Shown one piece after another: positions 56,995 to 64,000 of a stretch of DNA of 64,000 nucleotides; the first letter of the stretch is position 1; every line of letters begins with the position of its first letter. The position numbers and the translations under genes are program-made. The notes beneath the pieces were generated by a model that had not been told where the DNA came from, made no database searches, and was given only the letters and a program-made list of their open reading frames with translations. The stretch comes from a virus (taxonomy: Duplodnaviria > Caudoviricetes), in IMG/VR virus record IMGVR_UViG_3300024549_000205, positions 11,802 through 75,801 of that record; one strand, written 5' to 3'.

Positions 56995-57067
56995 TAAAAG
57001 TATAATAAGAGTTTTTAATATCAAAGGAATATACATCAATGTGATCCAATTTTCCAGATAATATAGC
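56995..57067 (-). promoter_or_regulatory. Promoter-like TTTG-N19-TACTTTTA with a GCTATATTAT element (57058-57067), upstream of scaffold/MCP
   Basis: Read directly; the -7 box is a TAnnTTTA variant. Confidence 0.5.
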
Positions 57068-57080
57068 ATTAATATTATTT

Positions 57081-57098
57081 ACCCCTCCGAAGAGGGGC
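57081..57098 (-). other. Extra-stable C(UUCG)G hairpin just after the portal stop codon
   Basis: GCCCCTC-TTCG-GAGGGGT on the minus strand. Confidence 0.75.
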
Positions 57099-57105
57099 AA
57101 CTTTT

Positions 57106-59691
57106 TTAACCTTTTTTGTTATTTCTACCCTTTGCGTTCTCTTTAGCAACAGCAAGATCGTTTGCCATATTCTCTCTAGCTACAGCAATTTTCTCCATTT
57201 CTATTTGCTTCTTGTCGCTAGATTCTTTTGATTTAACTTGTATCTCTTGCATTTTCAATTGATATGCTTGAGCAGCTTTAGATTGATCATTTGATAATTT
57301 ACTAACTTCTAAAGCATCAGCTATTCCTGAATTATCAACATCTGCTGCTGCATTTTCATTTCTACCTAATGCGTTAATAAGAGCAACTTCTTTTTTATTG
57401 ATTCTATCAAGTTCGTTTTGGTAATCCTCATGAGCTTGATCAGCTTGTTTTATTTGAATAGCTTGTTGTATTTGAGCTTGTGCTTGCTGAGCTTGTTGTT
57501 CAACTTTTTGTTGTTCAAGTTGTTGAGCTTGTTGTTGTTGAGCAAGTTGTTGATCTCTAAGGTCTTTGAATGTTTTCTTCATTTCTCTCATAGACTTAGT
57601 GCTGTAAAGCTCAATAACATCGTATAATGAACCACCATTCTGCATCAAAGGTTGTGCCAATTGACGAAGCTCACTAAACATTTGTGTATCTTCAGGTCTA
57701 TTAGTTAAGAACACTTTCAAGTCACGGAATTTAAGATCTGATCCATTCACTTGTACAAAAGCAGCTTCTCCTTCATTTGTAATATATGAAAGTGTAGATT
57801 GTGGTTTAGATGATTCTACATAAAGAGCAGCATCTATAATAGCTTGGTACAATTGTCCCATTACATATTCATGTGCCACAAATAGAGGCTCTGTCTGAGA
57901 ATAACTTTGTTGCATAGCAGTGTTAGTACCTGTAGCACTTTCTGATGCTGATATAGATCCCATACGTTGTCTAGACATACCTACAAGTTCCCAACACTCA
58001 GCTTTAAGTTGTTGTGCTAGTGTATATCTAGATTGTATCTCCTGTGTACGTGTAAGATCAAGAGCTGTAAACTGATTAAATGAACTAGGACTCTTCATGT
58101 TTTCTGGAGAGTCATCAATAAATACCACTCCTCTATTACGTGCTTCCATTTCCCATATGTCAAGAGCATCTTGTGCATCTCCATCTTTAGGAATAGGAAT
58201 ATGTCTTAATGACATAAGTTGAACCTTACCCACTTCTTTCTCAAGAAGTTTGTACAATTGGTTCATACATACGTTATATAACACTTGGAAAGGTTTCATA
58301 AGATCAACTAAGCTTTTAGCTTCTGTGTTCTTCACCTCATATGTTGTTCCTATAATAGGACAATAGTTTAAAAGCTTGAATGGTTTAATGTGATAGATGT
58401 CTGGTCCAATCTTAGTTCCTTGATACCATTCATTAATCCATCCCCATTCTAATGATTGTTGTGTAGGCATTGTGCCTGATTTATAAGTTTCATCAACAAG
58501 CATAGATTGTTCATTACCCATCTCATCTATATAGATAAGCTTACCTATCTTTCTTTTAGAAATCCAATAAGAACGCACAACAACATATTTATAACCAAAT
58601 GAACTTACGTTATTAGTTAAACCTAAGAAGTCTTTTAATCCATCATTGTTCTCTTTCATTTCTGATTCTATAATCATACGTGTCTGAAGAACAAGAGGGT
58701 CAAATGTATCATACATTACAGAATCTTGTCCAGGAATAGCATCTGGGTTACCAAGGTTAGATTCTCTAACATTGATTAATCCATAGTCTTGTAATGATGA
58801 ACGTAAGTGATCGATTTCCTCTTTTGTAAGATCTGGTATGCTTTCAATGATCTCTGAAAGCTCCATAACTTGTACTGTACCAGCAGCATAGGCTCCCTGA
58901 GCTCTACCTGTGGGATCAGATATCCATTTTCTATCAGGAGTAGTAAGAAACCAGGTGTTCTTTGGGTTAGCCACTTCGATGTTGAAACCAAGTTTCGAAT
59001 TGTCTTCATATATGTGATAAAATTGTCTAGCAGAAATAAGCATGTCTCTGAATGCATCTTCTGATTTTTCTTTTAAATTGAATTCAGCTTTTTGACAAGT
59101 AAGAATGTGGTTTGCCCATTTTTCAGCAACAGAAGTGTAGCTATCTAACTGATCTTGAACTTGTTGCATTGTCATTTGTTCAAGTTCTTCTTCAGGAATT
59201 TCATTTCCTTCCATAGCAGCTTTTGCCATGATTTGTTGTCTAGCTTGACTCATTACATATTGTTGTAATGTATCTGTTTTAAACTGTAACTCTTCTGATT
59301 GACTATCCTCATCAAAAGCTTTCACTCTAAATGTATCAGGTCTTTTGCTGATTTCTCCTACTAATTCATTTACAGGAGTGGTGATAATAGAATACATCTT
59401 TACATAAGCAGGAAGTTCTAAATCAGATGTTAACACATCTGTAAAGCTTCTCACCTCTGGTTCTTGATAGAAATCTTCCATACGAAGAATGCCTTTCATA
59501 AGATCGTAATTCTTAACAAATGTATCTCTATTCTTTACATATTCAGCATATGCTTTATTAGAGAAATAATCCATTGTGTTCTTGATCCAACTCTCGTCTT
59601 GCTTTTCTTTCTCTGTCTTAAACTGATCAGGAAAGATGTTTAAGTATGCATACCTGATTGTTGCATCTTTTGTATATCTAATTATTGCCAT
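57106..59691 (-). CDS. Portal protein
   Basis: 861 aa directly after TerL; SLVDLMKPFQVLYN, ELVGMSRQRMG motifs and a Gln-rich C-terminal barrel. Confidence 0.88.
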   Translation of the reverse strand: MAIIRYTKDATIRYAYLNIFPDQFKTEKEKQDESWIKNTMDYFSNKAYAEYVKNRDTFVKNYDLMKGILRMEDFYQEPEVRSFTDVLTSDLELPAYVKMYSIITTPVNELVGEISKRPDTFRVKAFDEDSQSEELQFKTDTLQQYVMSQARQQIMAKAAMEGNEIPEEELEQMTMQQVQDQLDSYTSVAEKWANHILTCQKAEFNLKEKSEDAFRDMLISARQFYHIYEDNSKLGFNIEVANPKNTWFLTTPDRKWISDPTGRAQGAYAAGTVQVMELSEIIESIPDLTKEEIDHLRSSLQDYGLINVRESNLGNPDAIPGQDSVMYDTFDPLVLQTRMIIESEMKENNDGLKDFLGLTNNVSSFGYKYVVVRSYWISKRKIGKLIYIDEMGNEQSMLVDETYKSGTMPTQQSLEWGWINEWYQGTKIGPDIYHIKPFKLLNYCPIIGTTYEVKNTEAKSLVDLMKPFQVLYNVCMNQLYKLLEKEVGKVQLMSLRHIPIPKDGDAQDALDIWEMEARNRGVVFIDDSPENMKSPSSFNQFTALDLTRTQEIQSRYTLAQQLKAECWELVGMSRQRMGSISASESATGTNTAMQQSYSQTEPLFVAHEYVMGQLYQAIIDAALYVESSKPQSTLSYITNEGEAAFVQVNGSDLKFRDLKVFLTNRPEDTQMFSELRQLAQPLMQNGGSLYDVIELYSTKSMREMKKTFKDLRDQQLAQQQQAQQLEQQKVEQQAQQAQAQIQQAIQIKQADQAHEDYQNELDRINKKEVALINALGRNENAAADVDNSGIADALEVSKLSNDQSKAAQAYQLKMQEIQVKSKESSDKKQIEMEKIAVARENMANDLAVAKENAKGRNNKKG

Positions 59692-59692
59692 G

Positions 59693-61717
59693 TTATCTAA
59701 ACATTTTATTTTTTGGTGAGTTAAACATTGATCTGCTCTCTGTGAACAGCATATTCTTTTTGTTCTTAGTGAACATTGATTTAATTCTTACATCTTCCTC
59801 TCCACCTATTTTTCCCATAATTGGATCTAGTTTCATCGCTAAAGCTATTGCAAGTTCTGCAGCAATTATACGGTCAAAGTTACCTTGTTCATTATATTGG
59901 ATCATCTCTTCTAACAAGACAGGATCAAATATCTTTGACATACCTTTTATCTCTGATATAATGTTTCCATCTTCATCTTTCTCTACATGTATAGCTTCTT
60001 CTGTATACTTCTTCAATGCTCCATGTAAGAAGTCTCGTATTTTCTCAGAAGATCTATGTATTCCAAAATCTCTTCTTACAGTGGTGTTTGGAACTATTTC
60101 TTTTAACCAATCTGGTTGTCTTTCTAAATAATGAGAGTCTCCTTTAGCTATCATATAGTCTATAAAAGATATTTCATCATTTTCACATAAAGCTCTAGCA
60201 TTATAATACTTAATTAGATATCTAGCTTGTTCTTCCCATGTTTCTTTCTTGTCTGGTCTAGCACAATAGCTGGCCACAAACATATCTTGATACTTCTCTC
60301 CAGAAATAGCATGCATACGTTTGTATATATAGACAGATCCTAATGAACTTGAATATGCAGACTTACCTTGTCTATAAGGGTCAATTCCTGCTACATATAA
60401 TCCATATGGAGGACTATCAACAGGAAATTCATATATCACTACAGGAGCATCTTTCATGTCACTATTCTTAAGAGGGAAATTTGATATAGGAAGTTTATCT
60501 GTAAACTCATGTTTCACTCCTTGACCATCATCATATAGAACAACAGGTGTTCCTGTTCTCTCTTGAGCTAACAGTCTGGATTTCTGACGTTTAGCTGCTT
60601 CAATATCAAATATGTTTGTATCCTCATTTAAGAATATATCATCCACTTCTTGTGGGTAGTACATCTTTTCTTTTAAATAAGCTAGTCTATCACCAGCTTT
60701 CTTTAATCTCTCAAGATTGTCGTTTGTAATTTTGTCTGCTGTTTCTTCATTAGAAACTAACATACTTACATTATGTAAATCTGAATCTAATGGTTGTTCT
60801 AAAAAAGCACCTAAAGAAGAAGGCTCTTTAGCTTCCATTCTATATTTATGTGAAATAAATAATCCATGGATTCTTTGTTCATCCTTAGCACTGTTGTATT
60901 CTAAGAAGTTAAAATTGGCCACATCAAACATTAAGCTTTTTGCGTCCATGAAGTTCTGCATATCTCCACCTGTACCTGTAAGAATAGGGCTACATCCCCA
61001 ACCAAATGGTGTTGTAAAACCAGGAACAGCTGCTTGAAAACCTCTTAAGAAGTTACCTTTACCTATCTCATCAATAATAAGCCTTCTTGGTTTTGTACCT
61101 GCAATAGCTTCCTCATTGTTACCACCATCTAAGTTACGAATAAGAATCTGAGAGAACGGTATTCTCTCTCCAGCTTTTGTCTTGATTCCTAATGTAACTT
61201 GGTTTTTCCAATTGTCTTCCACTCTCTGCCATCTCCAGGCTTCTGGTAAGAAGTTAAGTCCTTTGTCAATCTTATCTGTGATAAGCTTTATATCGGGAGC
61301 ATTCAATCCTGCAATAATGTTCTGGGAGTTTTCATCAAATGTAGCTCCAAGACCTATGTAAGAACTCTCAATTACTGACTTAGCTAAACGTCTGATTCCT
61401 AGAATTACTAGGCCTTTCTTTTCGTTATGTGCTCTATCTATTTCATTTGTTATAATCCATTCATTATCACGTAGATAAGGATTGGCATATTTTTGTGATA
61501 TTCTACCACGCTCATCTATAACATCCACCTCTGTATTCCAGAAGTTCAAATGCCAATATAAAAAAGGATTGATATACACGCCTCCCATCATACAACCATC
61601 CATACATAATTGTTTATGGAAAGCATAAAATGCTTTATATTCATCTGAGTCTTTTTGTGGAACTCTTTTCTGATTTATAAACCAGTCTTTGTAATCAATA
61701 CTTTGTAATCCATTCAT
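59693..61717 (-). CDS. terL: Terminase large subunit
   Basis: Walker A-like RRLAKS, Walker B IIDEIGK, GTGG coupling motif, RNase H-like AGIDPY and NFDR. Confidence 0.92.
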   Translation of the reverse strand: MNGLQSIDYKDWFINQKRVPQKDSDEYKAFYAFHKQLCMDGCMMGGVYINPFLYWHLNFWNTEVDVIDERGRISQKYANPYLRDNEWIITNEIDRAHNEKKGLVILGIRRLAKSVIESSYIGLGATFDENSQNIIAGLNAPDIKLITDKIDKGLNFLPEAWRWQRVEDNWKNQVTLGIKTKAGERIPFSQILIRNLDGGNNEEAIAGTKPRRLIIDEIGKGNFLRGFQAAVPGFTTPFGWGCSPILTGTGGDMQNFMDAKSLMFDVANFNFLEYNSAKDEQRIHGLFISHKYRMEAKEPSSLGAFLEQPLDSDLHNVSMLVSNEETADKITNDNLERLKKAGDRLAYLKEKMYYPQEVDDIFLNEDTNIFDIEAAKRQKSRLLAQERTGTPVVLYDDGQGVKHEFTDKLPISNFPLKNSDMKDAPVVIYEFPVDSPPYGLYVAGIDPYRQGKSAYSSSLGSVYIYKRMHAISGEKYQDMFVASYCARPDKKETWEEQARYLIKYYNARALCENDEISFIDYMIAKGDSHYLERQPDWLKEIVPNTTVRRDFGIHRSSEKIRDFLHGALKKYTEEAIHVEKDEDGNIISEIKGMSKIFDPVLLEEMIQYNEQGNFDRIIAAELAIALAMKLDPIMGKIGGEEDVRIKSMFTKNKKNMLFTESRSMFNSPKNKMFR

Positions 61718-62049
61718 TATTTTCTACCTTTTAAGAAATCCTCTGCCATACTTCCTAGTTCAACACCACCTCTTACAGGCACCACCTTTGCTTCTTCTTT
61801 CTCACGTAGTTTCTCAACTTGTTCAAGAAGAGCTAAATAGTTTTTCATTGTCTCTTGTACAAACTTACCCTGTGCCTCAATAGATGCAATCACCATAGGC
61901 ATTGCTCCACCAGCTTTGGTTTCTTTCCACTTGATTCTATCCTCTAATGTATGTAAAGGATTTGCATCAACGTATTGTTTCCAGCTTGATAACTGTTCCT
62001 CAGCCCATTCAAGTTCTGCTGTTATGTATGTAGTTTTTTTTATTGCCAT
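61717..62049 (-). CDS. Hypothetical protein, possible terminase small subunit
   Basis: Helical 110-aa protein TAATG-coupled to terL. Confidence 0.45.
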   Translation of the reverse strand: MAIKKTTYITAELEWAEEQLSSWKQYVDANPLHTLEDRIKWKETKAGGAMPMVIASIEAQGKFVQETMKNYLALLEQVEKLREKEEAKVVPVRGGVELGSMAEDFLKGRK

Positions 62050-62408
62050 TATTTTATGTATTCATTAAACGACTCATCTATCTTCTGTCTATACACTTTT
62101 ATATCATCTATCTCTGCTCTGATTTTCTTTTTATAAGATTCTATTCTATTTTGACATTGATATATCTCATCATAACATTCACTTTGTATGCTACGAAATA
62201 TAGAGAATTTATCTTCTCTACCTTCTTCTAAAAAGTCTTGTATTATTTCACAAGTGTTTTCTGGATTACAAGCTGGTATATCTCCAGGGTTATAAAATTT
62301 ATCTTCTGTACTTTGATATTCTTTTTCTGTATTTAAAACAAAAGCAATATCTCCTTCTTTACAAAACAAAGGATCATGTACAGTTTTCAACTCGTGTGTG
62401 TTTTCCAT
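62049..62408 (-). CDS. Hypothetical protein
   Basis: 119-aa ORF with the recurrent AAACCAACTACATA leader. Confidence 0.6.
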   Translation of the reverse strand: MENTHELKTVHDPLFCKEGDIAFVLNTEKEYQSTEDKFYNPGDIPACNPENTCEIIQDFLEEGREDKFSIFRSIQSECYDEIYQCQNRIESYKKKIRAEIDDIKVYRQKIDESFNEYIK

Positions 62409-62431
62409 TATGTAGTTGGTTTTTATTAATA

Positions 62432-62707
62432 TTAGTCCTCGTCTTCCTCAAGGAACATTCTTTCTAAATTCATGCCACCTTTTATTATCTTCTTTAAATC
62501 ATCTTCATCTTCGTGTGGATAATCTATGTTAAGCTCTATTTCATATTTCTCTAAAGCAAGAAGAAGCTCTTTATCACTTACACCCCAAAGGTCATTATAT
62601 TCATACAATGCTGTTGAGAGATGTCTTCCCATATTGTATGTTGGATAACTCTTTTGTAAACGATTGAGCGTTTTTGTAATTTGGCTATAGTAGTTTGGTT
62701 TTGCCAT
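62432..62707 (-). CDS. Hypothetical protein
   Basis: 91 aa, TAATG coupling to the upstream gene. Confidence 0.65.
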   Translation of the reverse strand: MAKPNYYSQITKTLNRLQKSYPTYNMGRHLSTALYEYNDLWGVSDKELLLALEKYEIELNIDYPHEDEDDLKKIIKGGMNLERMFLEEDED

Positions 62708-62973
62708 TATATTAAATCATTTATATCCTCGTCAGAAAGACCTGATGGTCTATCATCTTCTTCTGTCCACTCCATAGTTAGTTCCTGTTCTAAAGTTAGA
62801 CTATCATCTATATCAGATATGTATTCAGGCTTCACTGTAATCTTAATTGTATCTCTTGGAATACCATCAACATCTGTGTCTCCTGATATATCAACATAAT
62901 CAGCTCCACCATCGTAGAGCTCTTGAAGAATTTGAATAAGCATTTCCAAAGGAATTTTACGTAGTGGATCCAT
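62707..62973 (-). CDS. Small acidic hypothetical protein
   Basis: 88 aa, Asp/Glu-rich, overlaps its neighbours. Confidence 0.6.
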   Translation of the reverse strand: MDPLRKIPLEMLIQILQELYDGGADYVDISGDTDVDGIPRDTIKITVKPEYISDIDDSLTLEQELTMEWTEEDDRPSGLSDEDINDLI

Positions 62974-63238
62974 TGTCTTCTGGCATTGGTTGTGGAAGCC
63001 ATTTCTTTAATGGACATTCACAGGTTAAACATTTAGTCTTTGCAGCTAACGTACATCCACAATTTGTGCAATGTGCATCTAGCCTTAAGCTCTTATACTC
63101 TTTCTTATTAGAAGAATGTTCTTCACATTCGTTACATGTAGCTAATCTTGTAGAACTAACGTGTTCTATGAAAGCTCTTTTTCTTTCTTCAGGAAGAAGA
63201 TGATTCTTCCATCCCTCAATCACTTGATTCAGACTCAT
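62957..63238 (-). CDS. Zn-finger protein
   Basis: RLATCNEC...CTNCGC.L.AKT.C..C.CPLKKW. Confidence 0.75.
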   Translation of the reverse strand: MSLNQVIEGWKNHLLPEERKRAFIEHVSSTRLATCNECEEHSSNKKEYKSLRLDAHCTNCGCTLAAKTKCLTCECPLKKWLPQPMPEDNGSTT

Positions 63239-63578
63239 TGATTTTTGGTTTTAGTGTCTTTATACTAGATTCTAATATTTGTAATTTAAATTCTACAGCA
63301 TTCTTTTTTGTAGCTGTAATGTTCTCATCTGAAAGCATTCTTTCATATGCCTTCTTGATAGCTAATAACTTATTATATTGTGCAAGAGCTTTCTTATCAT
63401 TGAAATAGAATTTTCCAAATCCAGAAATCTCTACACTCTTATGTATATTCAAAGCATCATTAGCTGAATCAAATTGATGTACAACAATAGCGTCAATCAC
63501 CTTCTCTGATATCACCATATTAATGGACATCTTCTTGATGATCCATTCCTTCATTGACATTGATTGTGGTTTCTCCAT
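63216..63578 (-). CDS. HU/IHF-like DNA-binding protein
   Basis: ALNIHKSVEISGFGKFYF. Confidence 0.7.
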   Translation of the reverse strand: MEKPQSMSMKEWIIKKMSINMVISEKVIDAIVVHQFDSANDALNIHKSVEISGFGKFYFNDKKALAQYNKLLAIKKAYERMLSDENITATKKNAVEFKLQILESSIKTLKPKINESESSD

Positions 63579-63924
63579 GTACTAGTTTTATATCTAACAT
63601 TAAATCTTTCTTGAAATCAATAACAATGACAGGATTCACCTTCACCTTTCCATTCTCCTTCACAAATATACCTATCTTCTTCAACTTAGAAATAATGTTA
63701 TTAATCGTAGGAGATGTTGTATTGTATGTCTTACAGAATTCTTCTCTTACATTAGCATATGTAATGTTTCCTTTAATAGCTGTAAAAGAAATAAGTTGAA
63801 TTTCTCTTTCAGTTAGATGAAGAGTGTTTATAGCAGATAGAATAGAATAATACTTTATAGCTAATTCCATATCACTATATGTCTCTTTCTTTAGTCTTTG
63901 TACTATAATCTTTGTTGGACTCAT
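63520..63924 (-). CDS. Winged-helix DNA-binding protein (putative regulator)
   Basis: LTEREIQLI...TSPTINNIISKLKKIGIFVKENGKVKVNP. Confidence 0.65.
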   Translation of the reverse strand: MSPTKIIVQRLKKETYSDMELAIKYYSILSAINTLHLTEREIQLISFTAIKGNITYANVREEFCKTYNTTSPTINNIISKLKKIGIFVKENGKVKVNPVIVIDFKKDLMLDIKLVHGETTINVNEGMDHQEDVH

Positions 63925-63948
63925 AATTTAGTTTTGACATTATAAAGA

Positions 63949-63978
63949 CAAAGATATATAATAAAAACTTATAATCAA
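63949..63978 (-). promoter_or_regulatory. Consensus Bacteroidota/Flavobacterium promoter TTG-N19-TATCTTTG
   Basis: Minus strand TTGattataagtttttattataTATCTTTG, 24 nt upstream of the ATG at 63924. Confidence 0.75.
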
Positions 63979-64000
63979 TACATTACAAAAGAAATATTTA

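Noticed and set aside
54100-61717. Introns or inteins in terL, portal or MCP
   Set aside because: The ORFs are continuous, of normal size and without recognisable intein splice motifs; both endonucleases are free-standing.
2-63799. Many short plus-strand and nested ORFs in the track
   Set aside because: They overlap long, motif-bearing minus-strand genes, have shadow-like Ser/Leu/Phe composition and show no independent signals.
1-64000. Stop-codon reassignment (TAG or TGA) as in some Crassvirales
   Set aside because: Genes tile the window under the standard code, including a 15-kb ORF. TAG (45116) and TGA (125, 63216) serve as plausible stops, and no suppressor tRNA is seen.

Overview
This is a 64-kb, AT-rich segment of a crAss-like (Crassvirales-type) podophage, probably infecting a Bacteroidota/Flavobacteriia host. 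The host inference rests on TTG-N19/20-TAnnTTTG promoters, A-rich leaders without Shine-Dalgarno sequences, and a Gln(+1) signal peptide. All real genes are on the minus strand and read in the standard code. Order in transcription direction: small DNA-binding genes, TerL, portal, scaffold-like protein, MCP, a structured spacer with an initiator tRNA-Met, an HNH endonuclease, ring/auxiliary capsid genes, Cys-rich/poly-Thr fibre genes, a metallophosphoesterase, a GIY-YIG-like homing endonuclease, ring/IHF/tail-tube genes, a split muzzle (tail stabilization) gene, three cargo proteins, a 5052-aa virion RNA polymerase polyprotein, a 1583-aa nuclease-bearing cargo protein, and a lysis cassette. The main novelties are: (1) a phosphothreonine-lyase-like (OspF/LanL-type) domain bounded by 41-nt direct repeats inside the virion RNAP polyprotein; (2) a cassette-built cargo protein with nucleotidyltransferase-like and muramidase-like modules separated by x-x-G-G motifs; (3) a PAS-sensor membrane protein coupled between two holin-like genes; (4) two families of upstream DNA elements at fixed distances from Bacteroidota -7 boxes; and (5) a modular poly-Thr/Cys virion-decoration kit that also splits the muzzle gene. 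All product calls come from motif recognition and synteny by eye; no database searches were run.
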